This document shows, in pieces, positions 25,951 through 36,634 of a DNA stretch of 64,000 nucleotides; the stretch's first letter is position 1; each line of letters begins with the position of its first letter. Below the pieces are notes generated by a model, which was not told the origin of the DNA, did not search any database, and saw only the letters and a program-made list of their open reading frames with translations. Origin of the DNA: Candidatus Moranbacteria bacterium GW2011_GWE2_35_2- (lineage in GTDB: Bacteria; Patescibacteriota; Minisyncoccia; Moranbacterales; UBA9337); NCBI GenBank assembly GCA_000990585.1, contig LBQD01000003.1, positions 79,504 to 143,503 on the forward strand, read 5' to 3'. The position numbers and the translations under genes are program-made.

Positions 25951-28263
25951 ATGTTTTTAAAGAGTCTTGAAATACAGGGGTTTAAGTCATTTGCCAATCG
26001 AACCGTGCTGGAATTTGATCCAGAGCGGGGTTTTGGCGATGTCGAGAAAAATGCTCAAGGGATTACGGCAATCGTCGGACCGAACGGAAGCGGAAAATCC
26101 AATGTTGCCGATGCGATTCGCTGGGTAATGGGGGAACAGTCGATGAAAAATTTGCGCGGAAAAAAATCCGAAGATATTATTTTTGCCGGATCAGGGAAAA
26201 AAGCCAGACTCGGAAGCGCTTGGGTAAAATTGAGCTTTAATAATTCACAAAAAAGAATTCCCTTGGATTTTTCGGAAGTTTCAGTGACGCGAAAAATATA
26301 TCGAAGTGGAGAATCGGAATATCTGATTAATGGCAGTCGGGTACGCCTCATCGATGTGGTGGATCTTTTGGCAAAAGCCGGAGTCGGAAAGGAAAGTTAT
26401 TGCGTGATCAACCAGGGGATGTCCGACGCTGTGCTTAATGCCAGCCATGCCGATAGAAGGACAATCCTGGAAGATGCTGCCGGAGTAAAACAATTTCAAA
26501 TCCAAAAAGAAAGAGCTTTAAAAAAACTCTTAAATACTAAAATAAATTTGGAAAGAGTATATGAACTCGCCAAAGAAATCGAACCGCATTTGCGGATGCT
26601 CAAACGGCAAGCGGAAAAATCAGCCCAAAGAAAGGAAGTCGAAGAAAAACTCAAAGAAGAGCAAGTGAAGCTCTATTCATTCTTGTGGCATAATTTTCAA
26701 AGAGAACGTAGCGGGTCATTTGAAGAAAAAGAGGAATTGGGGCGTCGAATGATGAATATTCAGCGCGAAGCGGACAAAATAAATGATGATCTAAAGAGTG
26801 AGTCAGGAGAGGTAAAGGATTCCAGCGGGCAGGAAAAATTTGAGCAAGAAAGAGGATTGGCATATCAAAAACTGAATGAATTGGAAAAACAGCGGGCGAT
26901 TATTGACGGTCGGATTGAAATCCTCGAAGAAAGAAAAGACCAGCAAAAAGTAATTCAAAGCATTCCCGTTGATCGAAAATATGTCAAAGGGCATTTGAGT
27001 GAAATTAAAAAAAATCATGAAAAATTGATTCAGAGATTGGAGAATGCGGAATCAATGGATCAATTGCAGGATATTTCCGAATTTGCGCGCGTCATCAGTC
27101 AATCTATATTTGAATTACTGGCGGATGTGGACAAGGGTGAAGCCAAGATAGAACAAATTTCGGGAAAATCAAAGGAGGAACTTGAAATTGTAGAAAAAAT
27201 TGAAATTTATCGAAAACAAAAAAGCAAAATCATAGAAGATATCGCTGATTTTAAGAAAAAAATTGAGCAAGTAGATTTGAAAATTAAGCAAGAAATTGAA
27301 AAAGATAAAAAAGCTCGAGAAAAATTTTTCCAATTAGAAGGTCAATTGCAATTGAAGCAGGCAGAATTGAACAGATTGCGGGATAGTTTTAACGAAGCTA
27401 AGATTCGTTTGGCGCGTGTTGAAGTCCGAGAGGAAGATTTGATTGAAGAGGTTAAGAATGAATTGCAGACAGAGGCGAAAAAACTTGAATATGACGGGAG
27501 TCCGGTTGATAAGGATAGGGCGGAAAGGGAAATAAGAAGATTGAAATTTCAAATGGAACAAATTGGAGGAATTGATCCGATGGTGATTCAAGAATATCAA
27601 GAAACGAAAGATCGTTTTGAATTTTTGAGCCAGGAATCGAAAGATTTGGAAAACGCTATTGAATCGCTCAAAAAAATTGCCAAGGAAATGGATCAGAAAA
27701 TTGATAAAGTTTTTGCCATCGCTTTTGAGCAGATAAACAAAGAATTTTCCAAATACTTCAAAATTATTTTTGGCGGAGGAAAGGCCGGGTTGATTAAAAC
27801 AAGAAAGCAGAAAAAAATAAAATTATCAGCGCAGGAGGATGTTGATAGTGAAAGTGGCGAGGAGAATATTTCTGAAGATGAAAATGATGAGAAGGCGGAG
27901 ATCGGAATTGATATTTCCGCTTGTCCTCCCGGCAAAAAAATTGCTAATTTGTCGATGTTGTCCGGAGGAGAAAGATCGCTTACCTCGATAGCGCTGTTGT
28001 TTGCCATTATTTCTTATAACCCACCGCCATTTACAGTCCTGGATGAAATTGAAGCGGCACTGGATGAGGCGAATGCAAAAAGATTCAGTCGAATTTTGCA
28101 GGAACTTTCCAGCGGAACGCAATTTATTGCTATTACGCACAATCGAGAAACAATGCGCCAAGCCTCTTTGCTTTATGGTGTGACGATGGGTGAAGATGGG
28201 ATTTCAAAAATTTTATCAGTCAAATTGGAACAAATAGGAAAGGGCGGAAAAATCAAGAAATAA
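25951..28263 (+). CDS. smc: SMC-like chromosome segregation ATPase (short form, 770 aa)
   Basis: N-terminal Walker A GPNGSGKSN. Long coiled coil. C-terminal LSGGERSLTSIALLFAI signature plus Walker B VLDEIEAALD. Confidence 0.8.
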   Translation: MFLKSLEIQGFKSFANRTVLEFDPERGFGDVEKNAQGITAIVGPNGSGKSNVADAIRWVMGEQSMKNLRGKKSEDIIFAGSGKKARLGSAWVKLSFNNSQKRIPLDFSEVSVTRKIYRSGESEYLINGSRVRLIDVVDLLAKAGVGKESYCVINQGMSDAVLNASHADRRTILEDAAGVKQFQIQKERALKKLLNTKINLERVYELAKEIEPHLRMLKRQAEKSAQRKEVEEKLKEEQVKLYSFLWHNFQRERSGSFEEKEELGRRMMNIQREADKINDDLKSESGEVKDSSGQEKFEQERGLAYQKLNELEKQRAIIDGRIEILEERKDQQKVIQSIPVDRKYVKGHLSEIKKNHEKLIQRLENAESMDQLQDISEFARVISQSIFELLADVDKGEAKIEQISGKSKEELEIVEKIEIYRKQKSKIIEDIADFKKKIEQVDLKIKQEIEKDKKAREKFFQLEGQLQLKQAELNRLRDSFNEAKIRLARVEVREEDLIEEVKNELQTEAKKLEYDGSPVDKDRAEREIRRLKFQMEQIGGIDPMVIQEYQETKDRFEFLSQESKDLENAIESLKKIAKEMDQKIDKVFAIAFEQINKEFSKYFKIIFGGGKAGLIKTRKQKKIKLSAQEDVDSESGEENISEDENDEKAEIGIDISACPPGKKIANLSMLSGGERSLTSIALLFAIISYNPPPFTVLDEIEAALDEANAKRFSRILQELSSGTQFIAITHNRETMRQASLLYGVTMGEDGISKILSVKLEQIGKGGKIKK

Positions 28264-28311
28264 AAAAAACAATATTATTGTGTTGCAAACATCAGAAATT
28301 TGAAATAATGC

Positions 28312-28345
28312 TTGCGCTTGCTTGTGAAAGCGATTGTGGTATAAT
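28312..28345 (+). promoter_or_regulatory. extended -10 promoter (TGgTATAAT)
   Basis: TGgTATAAT at 28337-28345, upstream of the 28392 ORF. Confidence 0.35.
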
Positions 28346-28391
28346 ATTAAGTAAGTTAAGTTTTATAAAAAAAAATTAAAAACAAAAAAAT

Positions 28392-28739
28392 ATGATGAAA
28401 AAGTATTATTCGTTAATTTTATTCGTAGTATTTGTTTTGGTGGCGGGAGCGATTTTATTATTTCAAAGCGGGAAGAATGAAAGATCAATAAATAATCAAG
28501 CACCGATTGTTTCTGAAGATGCGAATGTTGATTCTGAATTTTCTACTGAAAATTTAGGCAGTGAAATTGATAGTAATGATGAAAATGATGAAGTTGTTTC
28601 CGATCCTGAATATGCGGATTTGGAAAATGTTAGTGTTGATTTTGAGCAAGATGTTATTGAAACAGAAGATATTCTTGAAGATTATTCAAATTTGGATGGT
28701 GAGATTGATGCGGACTCCATTGATGATGATTTATTATAG
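28392..28739 (+). CDS. hypothetical acidic membrane-anchored protein
   Basis: N-terminal TM, then a D/E-rich tail. Confidence 0.35.
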   Translation: MMKKYYSLILFVVFVLVAGAILLFQSGKNERSINNQAPIVSEDANVDSEFSTENLGSEIDSNDENDEVVSDPEYADLENVSVDFEQDVIETEDILEDYSNLDGEIDADSIDDDLL

Positions 28740-28775
28740 ATTCATAAATAATTATTAATTTTTTTAAATAAAAAA

Positions 28776-29615
28776 ATGAAAAAAATTTTTACAAAAAATA
28801 AAACAACCATTGTATTTTTCTCTTTCTGTTTGTTGTTTGCAGGAGTGGCCGGCGCTGCTAATAATGCAAACAATTCGAATATTGAAGATAAAAAAGATCA
28901 AATGCAACAAATAAAAGATGATCGTAAGGCAACAAGCCAAGATCGTATTTGTGATAGAATGGAAGAATTGGAGGGAAAAATTCAAACGAAATTAAAAACG
29001 AGAAGTGAAAATAGACAACAATTTAGAATAGAAAGCGAAAAACAACTTGAAGCAAAATTGCAGGAGCGTGAAGATGAATTAACCCAGAGACGTCAAGTTC
29101 GTGATCAATATCGAAGTGAATTCTATGCTCGATTACAAGAAAGAGTAAATAATCAACAACAAAAAGATGCCGTATCAGAATTTAAAAATGTTGTTGAGAA
29201 TGCTGTTAATACCAGAAGAGAAGCAGTTGATGATGCTTTGGATATTTTTCATGACGGAGTTCAGCAAGCTGTAGATTCAAGAAAAACTTCCATTGATAAT
29301 TTGATTACGGAATATGGAAAAAATAGAGAGCAATTAACAGCCGAAGTTCGTAAATTTTGCGAAACAAGCGGGGATGCCGTAAAGGCGAGACAAACTCTTC
29401 AAAATAGGTTGCAGCAAGCGAGAGAGGAATTTAAAGTTGATCAAAAAGAAGTTTCGAGCGTGGGGGATACAGTAAAAGAGTTGGCGCAAATAAAAAATGA
29501 AGCAATAAGGAAAGCTTCAGAAGTGTTTATGTCCGTGCTTAAAGATGCTCAAGAAAAATTGCAAACAGAATTAGGGGGGGCTGTCGTAGATAATGAGACT
29601 TCGATTTCCGAGTAG
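28776..29615 (+). CDS. hypothetical secreted coiled-coil protein
   Basis: Signal peptide. Q/E/R-rich heptad-like sequence. Confidence 0.4.
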   Translation: MKKIFTKNKTTIVFFSFCLLFAGVAGAANNANNSNIEDKKDQMQQIKDDRKATSQDRICDRMEELEGKIQTKLKTRSENRQQFRIESEKQLEAKLQEREDELTQRRQVRDQYRSEFYARLQERVNNQQQKDAVSEFKNVVENAVNTRREAVDDALDIFHDGVQQAVDSRKTSIDNLITEYGKNREQLTAEVRKFCETSGDAVKARQTLQNRLQQAREEFKVDQKEVSSVGDTVKELAQIKNEAIRKASEVFMSVLKDAQEKLQTELGGAVVDNETSISE

Positions 29616-29654
29616 TTTCTGATGCAATATATCGTTATTTTAAAAATGGTGTAT

Positions 29655-29683
29655 TGACATTTTGTTTGGCGTGATGTAGAATG
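29655..29683 (+). promoter_or_regulatory. sigma70-like promoter of rpsP
   Basis: TTGACA, 17 bp, TAGAAT. Confidence 0.5.
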
Positions 29684-29753
29684 CAATAGTAAAAAAATAA
29701 GCTTAAAAATAAGCATTTTTAAGTGTGCTTATTTATATTTAACCTAAAGAATT

Positions 29754-30152
29754 ATGTTGGTAATGAGATTTTCAAGAGTGGGAAAAAGGAATAAGGCGCA
29801 ATATCGAATCGTCGTTCAGGAGCATACTGCGAATCCGAAAGGAAAACATGTTGATATTGTTGGAAGTTATGATCCTCATTCAAAAAAGAGTGTTCTAAAA
29901 AAGGACAAAATAGAACAATGGATCAAAAACGGGGTTAAGTTATCCGACTCAGTGCATAATTTGTTTGTTTCCCAGGGAGTTATAAAAGGAGAAAAAAGAG
30001 CGGTAAAGATGCCAAAGAAAGAAGTTGAAGCTGTAGTTGAACCGGTTGCAGAAGTAGGTGCTAAAGCGGAAGAAAAGAAAGAGGAGATTAAAGTCGAAGA
30101 AAAGAAGGAAGATGCCGTAAAAGAAGAGACAAAGACCGAGGAAAAGAAATAG
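29754..30152 (+). CDS. rpsP: 30S ribosomal protein S16 with K/E-rich C-terminal extension
   Basis: MRFSRVGKRNKAQYRIVV N-terminus typical of S16. Confidence 0.85.
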   Translation: MLVMRFSRVGKRNKAQYRIVVQEHTANPKGKHVDIVGSYDPHSKKSVLKKDKIEQWIKNGVKLSDSVHNLFVSQGVIKGEKRAVKMPKKEVEAVVEPVAEVGAKAEEKKEEIKVEEKKEDAVKEETKTEEKK

Positions 30153-30189
30153 TATTCGGCGTTGACAGATTGATGTTTCATAGTATATA

Positions 30190-30370
30190 CTGAAAAAAAT
30201 TAAAAATTGAAGTTTTCCGCAGACAGCACCGACGCAATGTCGGTATTTCGACAGAAGTTGTCGGGATAGGCAGCTCAAAAAGCATAAGTCCAGCCGAGGA
30301 AAGATTTTTAGCGAAAGTTAATCTTCTTTATGCCTTGCTGCGGATTGTCCGCAGTTTTTATTTTTTCTAA
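30190..30370 (+). promoter_or_regulatory. putative L10 (rplJ) leader / attenuator
   Basis: Structured, more GC-rich 5' UTR with hairpin CTGCGGA-TTGT-CCGCAG plus a T-run directly upstream of rplJ. Confidence 0.35.
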
Positions 30371-30402
30371 GAATTACGAATTTTTTAAATTTAAATAATC
30401 CT

Positions 30403-30921
30403 ATGTTAACAAGAAAAAACAAAGAGCAAATCGTAAAAGATTTGACTGAAGAAATAAAATCCGCAAAATCTGTTGTTTTTGCTGATTTTAAAGGAGTTAA
30501 AGTTAATGAGTCAATAAAGCTAAAGAAAGAGTTAAAAAAAGAAGGTTCAAATCTCCGGGTGTATAAAAAGAATTTGATTGATATTGCTTTGAAAAATGCA
30601 AACGTTGATTTGAAGACAAAAGGAATGGAAGGGCAAGTTGCTGTTTCCATTGCCACTCAAGATGAAGTAAGTTCAGCGAGAATTATTGAGAAGTTTTCCA
30701 AAACCAATGAAAGTTTGAAAATATTGGGAGGAATTTTGGGGATTAAGGCTATGAGTGCGCAGGAAGTTATTGCTTTGGCGAAATTGCCAAGCAAGGAAGA
30801 ATTGCTGTCGAGATTGGTTGGAAGCTTGAGTTCTCCTATCCGAGGATTGATGAATGTCTTCCAGGGAAACCAGCGTTCATTGGTTCAAGTTTTAAAAGCC
30901 ATCAGTGAAAATAAGCAATAA
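30403..30921 (+). CDS. rplJ: 50S ribosomal protein L10
   Basis: L10 N-terminal motif region (KEQIVKDLTEEIKSAKSVVFADFKG). Confidence 0.85.
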   Translation: MLTRKNKEQIVKDLTEEIKSAKSVVFADFKGVKVNESIKLKKELKKEGSNLRVYKKNLIDIALKNANVDLKTKGMEGQVAVSIATQDEVSSARIIEKFSKTNESLKILGGILGIKAMSAQEVIALAKLPSKEELLSRLVGSLSSPIRGLMNVFQGNQRSLVQVLKAISENKQ

Positions 30922-30981
30922 TTTAATAATAATTAATAGGTCGTATAAGACAAGTAAGACTTATAAGACGTATATAAAAGT

Positions 30982-31419
30982 ATGACTGAAGAAAAAAAAG
31001 TTGAAGCCACGGAGGCTAAAGAAGAGAAGAAGGAAGTAGAGGTTCCGGAAAAATTCAAAAAGCTTGTTGGGGAAATTGAGAAAATGAGCGTTTTAGATCT
31101 TTCGGAATTGGTGAAGGTTTTGGAAGAAAAATTCGGAGTTAGTGCTGCTGCTCCTATGATGATGGGTGCGATGCCTGCTGGCGGAGGAGAAGCTGTTGCT
31201 GAAGAGAAAACAGATTTTGATATTGAGTTGGTTGCAGCCGGAGAGCAAAAAATCAATGTTATCAAAGCTGTTCGTGAAATTACCGGACTTGGACTTAAAG
31301 AGGCCAAAGATATGGTTGATGCTGCGCCAAAAGTAATCAAAGAAAAAGTTGCCAAAGCGGAAGCGGAGGAAGTTAAAAAGAAATTGGAAGGATCTGGAGC
31401 GACTGTGAATTTAAAGTAA
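30982..31419 (+). CDS. rplL: 50S ribosomal protein L7/L12
   Basis: C-terminal domain ...[24 protein letters not shown]... typical of L7/L12. Confidence 0.9.
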   Translation: MTEEKKVEATEAKEEKKEVEVPEKFKKLVGEIEKMSVLDLSELVKVLEEKFGVSAAAPMMMGAMPAGGGEAVAEEKTDFDIELVAAGEQKINVIKAVREITGLGLKEAKDMVDAAPKVIKEKVAKAEAEEVKKKLEGSGATVNLK

Positions 31420-31440
31420 TATTCTGATAGTTTAGAAATA

Positions 31441-31474
31441 AAAATCCTCGATATAAATTGAGGATTTTTATTTT
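31441..31474 (+). terminator. rho-independent terminator after rplL
   Basis: AAAATCCTC-loop-GAGGATTTT, then a T-run. Confidence 0.7.
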
Positions 31475-31699
31475 GAGAAAATAATAGGTGTTTTTGTATA
31501 AAAATAATTCCGTTTACGCTTCCATCAATAAGACTTTGTCATACCAATTTGGCGCTCGCGGTTTCTTTTTTGCCCCCTTTTCCCTAACCCTAGAAAAGAA
31601 GATTCATTTCTCCGCGTTAGCGAAGAGGATTAGATTCGTTAGCACTTATTACTACTAATAAAGAGAGAAAAATATTTCAATATATAAGATATAACTATA

Positions 31700-31728
31700 T
31701 TGACTGAAATGCGAAATTACACTATAAT
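31700..31728 (+). promoter_or_regulatory. sigma70-like promoter of the efflux operon
   Basis: TTGACT, 17 bp, TATAAT. Confidence 0.5.
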
Positions 31729-31768
31729 AGAATGATTATTTGGAAATAATTATAATAAATAAAATACT

Positions 31769-32926
31769 ATGAAGTTGATTAATGATGTGAAAAATTTTAT
31801 TAAAAAAAGTCCAGTGGTATTTTTTATCGGTCTTCTATTGGTTTTGTTTGCGCTTATTTATATCGGAAACAAGTTTCGTGTTCCAAAGATGCAAGTTTCT
31901 CAAAATCAAGAAATGGTAAAAAATGTTTCCGTTTTTGATTTCAAGGATAATCCTCGACTAAATATACAAGCGAAAGTAGATAAAGAAAATATCGTGGAAT
32001 TGATTGCTCAGAAAAGCGGAATAATAAAAAGAATTTATGTCGATAATGGACAAAATATTTTTTCCGGAAATTCCATTGCATATATTAGCGATATTGTTGG
32101 AGGGGTAAGCAGCGCTTCTGTCGGTCTTGAAATTGCCAAAAGGCAAGAAGAAGCTTCTGATGAAAATATCAAACGACAGGAAAAGATATTCAAGAAACAA
32201 AAAGAAATTATTGATCACACTTCGGCACCAACAAAGAATGCTGAAAGACAGGAATATATTGATAAAAAACAAATTAGTGTGAATAAGGAAAATGCCAAAC
32301 TTGCAAATGAAATGAGTGAGTTTAGTCTGAAACAGGCGCAAATTTCAGCAGAATTGGCCAGAGTGAGTGCTCCGCAAAATGGAACAGTGGAAAAAATATT
32401 TGTCAATCCGGGTCAATTTGTGTTAGCCGGAACTCCAATCGCGCTTTTCCGTTCCGAAAAAGGTAGCTTGCTACTTGAAGCGAAAGTTTCAATTGATGTA
32501 GCCTCTATAATTTCAACAGAGGAATACTCTATGGTAAATATTGCAGGAGAAGAAGTTGAAATTAAGCCGATTTATATCTCAAGTGAGGCAACTGATTCCT
32601 ATCTTTATTCGATAATTTTCTGCTTGGATGAAAAATATTCAAATTCTATTGCTAATGAGTCATTCGTTTCTATTAATATTCCATTAGATAGATCAGTTTC
32701 TGAAAATTATTTTCACCCATTGGTTTCACTTGATACGCTTCAAATAACTCAAGAAGGAGCTTTTGCTTTTGTATTTGAAGACGGCGTGGCCAGAAGCAGG
32801 GAGTTGGATCTCGGAAAAGTTTTCGGGCAATATGTGGAAGTTATTTCTGGATTAAGCAAGGAGGATAAAGTGATAATTAACAGAAATGTTTTCGATGGAG
32901 ATAGAGTGTCAATAGATGCCAGTTAA
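31769..32926 (+). CDS. efflux pump periplasmic adaptor (membrane fusion protein, HlyD family)
   Basis: N-terminal TM anchor, coiled coil, biotinyl/lipoyl-like and beta-barrel regions. Directly upstream of the RND pump. Confidence 0.6.
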   Translation: MKLINDVKNFIKKSPVVFFIGLLLVLFALIYIGNKFRVPKMQVSQNQEMVKNVSVFDFKDNPRLNIQAKVDKENIVELIAQKSGIIKRIYVDNGQNIFSGNSIAYISDIVGGVSSASVGLEIAKRQEEASDENIKRQEKIFKKQKEIIDHTSAPTKNAERQEYIDKKQISVNKENAKLANEMSEFSLKQAQISAELARVSAPQNGTVEKIFVNPGQFVLAGTPIALFRSEKGSLLLEAKVSIDVASIISTEEYSMVNIAGEEVEIKPIYISSEATDSYLYSIIFCLDEKYSNSIANESFVSINIPLDRSVSENYFHPLVSLDTLQITQEGAFAFVFEDGVARSRELDLGKVFGQYVEVISGLSKEDKVIINRNVFDGDRVSIDAS

Positions 32927-32973
32927 TTTGTGTTTGAAAAACTATACTTTAAAAACGGCAATTACGAAATTAT

Positions 32974-35900
32974 ATGCAACAGAAAAAAGATTTATATATT
33001 GATAAGATAAAGTTTAATATTGAAAATTTCAGCAACCTTATTAAAGGATATCTTGGAAATATCCGCTTTGCCTTAATGTTGGTTATAATTTTGCTCGGGT
33101 CAGGAATTTTTAGTTATTTTACTTTATCAAGAACACTCAATCCAGAAGTAAAAATCCCGATTGTTTCCGTTTTTACTGCACTTCCCGGAGCTGGTCCGGA
33201 AGATATTGAATCCTTGATAACAATTCCTTTAGAGGATGAAATTCGCGGACTTACCGGAATTGACGCAATATCTTCTTCATCAAGAGAGGGTGTTTCGAGT
33301 ATTATGATTCAATTTCTATCTAATGTTGATCCTGATAAGGCAAAACAAGATGTGCAATCAACGGTGGATTCAGTCGTGAACTTACCTAAGGACGCGACGA
33401 CTCCCAGAGTGGAAAAATTAGATTTTGAGAATCAGCCAATTTGGACATTTTCAATTGTTTCAGAAACTGATCAAGCGACGCTTAATCGTTTTTCTAAGCA
33501 ATTGCGTGAAGATGTCGAAGATTTGTCGAAAATCGATCACGTCTCAGTGAATGGACTTGAAGAGCAAGAAATTCAAGTCCTTATTAAAGAGGAAGCTATT
33601 TCTCAGTATGGAATCAATCCATCTGCATTAGTGGCAACCATAAAAGCACAAACATCCTCTCATCCTGTCGGATTAGTTAATAGCGATCAATCTTCATTCT
33701 CACTTACAATTGATTCTCAGGTAATGTCAGTTAATGATATTCGTGACATAAACATAATTTTGTCTGGTGCTAGATATAAATTATCCGACATTGCCGTGAT
33801 AGCAGAGCGGTCAAAACCCGATCAATTCGGTGCTTTTTTGGCGAGACCAAATTCTCCAATTGAAAAATCAGTTAGTTTTAATATTTTCAAAACGAGTGAT
33901 GCAAATATTACTCAGGCTCAGAGCGATGCGGATGAATTAATAAAAGCTGAAATTGAAAAATATGGAGAAAAATTTGAATTGATTGATGTTTTTAGTACAG
34001 CCAAGGAATTGGAGATTCAGTTCGATGATTTGTTTTCAAGTTTTCGAAATACTATATTTTTAGTCTTCTTAGTTTTGTTGGTATTTTTTGGAATAAGGCA
34101 GGCAATAATTGCTTCTCTCACAATTCCACTTACATTTTTAGCAGCTCTTGTTGTCATGGATTTTAGTGGAATAACTTTAAATTTTCTTTCTTCATTTTCT
34201 TTATTGCTCTCTTTGGGTCTTTTGGTTGATGTGACAATCGTGATTATTTCTGCCATAACTTCATTTTATCGAAGTGGAAAGTTTTCTCCATATGAATCCG
34301 GGCTTCTGGTTTGGAAGGATTATCTTATTGCTTTGTCAACTACAACCCTGACAACGGTGTGGGCTTTCATCCCGCTTCTTTTAGCGAGTGGTATTATCGG
34401 AGAATTTATCAAACCAATTCCAATCGTTGTTTCTTCAACGTTGATTTCGGCGACACTTATTGGATTTTTTATAACTCTTCCCTTGATGGTATTTATTTTA
34501 AAACCGAGTTTTCCTTCAAGAGTAAGAATATTCTTCAGATTTTTGTTTGTAATTTTTGGAGGAGTTACTGTTTTTATAGCAGTTAAGGGAAGCGGATTGC
34601 TTTCGATTATCATGTTTGCATATGTTGCAATAATTTTATTTACTTATTCATTCAGAATATATTTGACACAATCTGCAAGGGACTATTTTTCAAATAGCCG
34701 ATTGATAAGTTGGATCTCCAAAGGAGCAGGTCAAATGATGGATAGCGGCTTAATAAGTATGCAGGTAGTCAGTGGATATTACCAAAGTATTTTGGAAAGA
34801 ATAATAGCTTCAAAAAAGAATCGGCGAAAGGTTGCCTTGATGGTAGTTTTATTTTCATTGTTTGCTTTTTCTCTTTTTCCTTTGGGGTTTGTCGTAAATG
34901 AATTTTTTCCAAAAGAAGATGTTAATGAGATATATGTGGATATTGAATATCCGGAGGGAACAAGAAAATCTGTTGTTCAAGAAAAATCTTTGGCTATTTT
35001 GAATGAATTGAAAGACACTCAACTTTCTGAGACAACACTTCTTCAAATTGGAGTGGGGTTTGATAGTCAGAATGGTCCCGGAGGCGTTTCTGGATCAAAC
35101 TTGGCTTTGTTCACGATTAATTTGATTGATAAGGATGATAGAGAGATTGGATCTGAGGAAATTTCCAAAAATATTCGAGAAAAATTTTCAAATTATACCG
35201 ATGGAAGATTGGCTGTAAATGTTCTTTCTGGAGGTCCTCCGGCAGGAAGCGATGTGCAAATAAAATATCTCGGGGATGATTTGACAGTACTGGATGATTT
35301 AGCAAATAGAACAGTTAATTATTTAAATGGTCAGTCTGGAATAGTCAATGCGGATAAGTCTATTAAATCCGGAACGGCAAAAATAGTTTTTATTCCCGAT
35401 AATGCAAAAATTGCCCAAGCGGGGATTACTCTTTCTGACATTGGAGCACAAATGAGAACTTTTGTCAGCGGTTTTGAACTTGATAATGATATTAATTTGA
35501 AAAATAATGGGAAAGATAAATATGATATTATTCTAAGGACTAATAGTGAGATGCAGAATGCTGATTCTTTGGGAAATGTTGTGATTGCTGTATCGAAAGG
35601 AAATGTTCCGCTGATGGCTCTGGGAGATTTGAAGTTAGCCTCAAATCCGACAATAATAACCAGAGAAGAAGGAAAAAGAAGTATTTCGGTTTCAGCCGGA
35701 GCGGCGGCTGGATTTTCATCCACAAAACTTAATGCTGATTTGGCCAATTTTGCTCAAAATGAATTGAATCTTCCTTCGGGTTATGAATGGAAAACTGGAG
35801 GGGCAAATGAGGAAAATCAGAAATCGGTTCAGTCAATTTTACGTGCAATGATTTTGTCATTTTTGTTGATTTTAGCAACTATGGTGATTCAATTTGGTTC

Positions 35901-36306
35901 CTTTCGAATGGCCATGTTGGTTTTACTGGTAATTCCTTTGGCAGTTTCGGGGGTATTTATTGTTTTTGCGCTCACGGGCGTTCCACTTTCTTTTCCAGCC
36001 TTAATTGGAGTTTTGGCTCTTTTTGGAATTGTGGTGAATAATTCGATTATTTTGATTGATAAAATTAAACTAAATTTGAATATTGGAATGGAGCTTAATG
36101 AATCGATTATTGAGGCATCAGTTAGTCGACTTGAGCCGATTGCCCTCAGTTCTATCACGACGATTGTCGGTTTGATTCCGGTAACGTTATCTAATGTTCT
36201 TTGGCAAGGTTTGGGCGGAGCGATAATCGCCGGACTAATTTTTTCCGGAACTATTATGCTTTTCTTTATTCCGGTAGTTTACAGAATGTGGTTCGGGAAA
36301 GAGTAG
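32974..36306 (+). CDS. RND-family efflux transporter (AcrB-like permease)
   Basis: 1110 aa. 12-TM topology with two large periplasmic loops. Resembles the AcrB/AcrD/AcrF N-terminus. Confidence 0.8.
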   Translation: MQQKKDLYIDKIKFNIENFSNLIKGYLGNIRFALMLVIILLGSGIFSYFTLSRTLNPEVKIPIVSVFTALPGAGPEDIESLITIPLEDEIRGLTGIDAISSSSREGVSSIMIQFLSNVDPDKAKQDVQSTVDSVVNLPKDATTPRVEKLDFENQPIWTFSIVSETDQATLNRFSKQLREDVEDLSKIDHVSVNGLEEQEIQVLIKEEAISQYGINPSALVATIKAQTSSHPVGLVNSDQSSFSLTIDSQVMSVNDIRDINIILSGARYKLSDIAVIAERSKPDQFGAFLARPNSPIEKSVSFNIFKTSDANITQAQSDADELIKAEIEKYGEKFELIDVFSTAKELEIQFDDLFSSFRNTIFLVFLVLLVFFGIRQAIIASLTIPLTFLAALVVMDFSGITLNFLSSFSLLLSLGLLVDVTIVIISAITSFYRSGKFSPYESGLLVWKDYLIALSTTTLTTVWAFIPLLLASGIIGEFIKPIPIVVSSTLISATLIGFFITLPLMVFILKPSFPSRVRIFFRFLFVIFGGVTVFIAVKGSGLLSIIMFAYVAIILFTYSFRIYLTQSARDYFSNSRLISWISKGAGQMMDSGLISMQVVSGYYQSILERIIASKKNRRKVALMVVLFSLFAFSLFPLGFVVNEFFPKEDVNEIYVDIEYPEGTRKSVVQEKSLAILNELKDTQLSETTLLQIGVGFDSQNGPGGVSGSNLALFTINLIDKDDREIGSEEISKNIREKFSNYTDGRLAVNVLSGGPPAGSDVQIKYLGDDLTVLDDLANRTVNYLNGQSGIVNADKSIKSGTAKIVFIPDNAKIAQAGITLSDIGAQMRTFVSGFELDNDINLKNNGKDKYDIILRTNSEMQNADSLGNVVIAVSKGNVPLMALGDLKLASNPTIITREEGKRSISVSAGAAAGFSSTKLNADLANFAQNELNLPSGYEWKTGGANEENQKSVQSILRAMILSFLLILATMVIQFGSFRMAMLVLLVIPLAVSGVFIVFALTGVPLSFPALIGVLALFGIVVNNSIILIDKIKLNLNIGMELNESIIEASVSRLEPIALSSITTIVGLIPVTLSNVLWQGLGGAIIAGLIFSGTIMLFFIPVVYRMWFGKE

Positions 36307-36343
36307 GGGAGAAAAAAATCAAATATCATTTTTGTGAAAAATA

Positions 36344-36381
36344 AAAACCCCGAAGTGGCAAAATGCGCCACGCGGGGTTTT
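36344..36381. terminator. bidirectional terminator hairpin
   Basis: AAAACCCCG...CGGGGTTTT. Confidence 0.55.
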
Positions 36382-36634
36382 AATGTCGAGATATAAATTC
36401 TTTATATGCTCGACAATAAGGACAATTTGAGTCTTCGCAGACCTGTCCTTTCGTGAGATGTCTCTCCTTTCTATGCTCACAATAGCCAGGAGGAAATCCT
36501 GGAGGAAGGGAGAAATCATCACAATGAGGAATATAGCCTATCTTTACTCCAATGAAATAGGCTATATCCATGAGTAATTTAGATATTTTCATGGTTGCCA
36601 TTTCACCTCCATGTTCTTTTTTGGAAGATAGCAA
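36380..36634 (-). CDS. small Cys-rich protein (possible zinc ribbon)
   Basis: 84 aa with CDD...CEH...CEDSNCPYC. Confidence 0.3.
   Translation of the reverse strand: MLSSKKEHGGEMATMKISKLLMDIAYFIGVKIGYIPHCDDFSLPPGFPPGYCEHRKERHLTKGQVCEDSNCPYCRAYKEFISRH

Noticed and set aside
31475-31700. A possible structured ncRNA in the 300-bp gap after rplL.
   Set aside because: No convincing conserved stems, or tRNA-, tmRNA-, RNase P- or SRP-like features, could be folded by eye. It is left unassigned.
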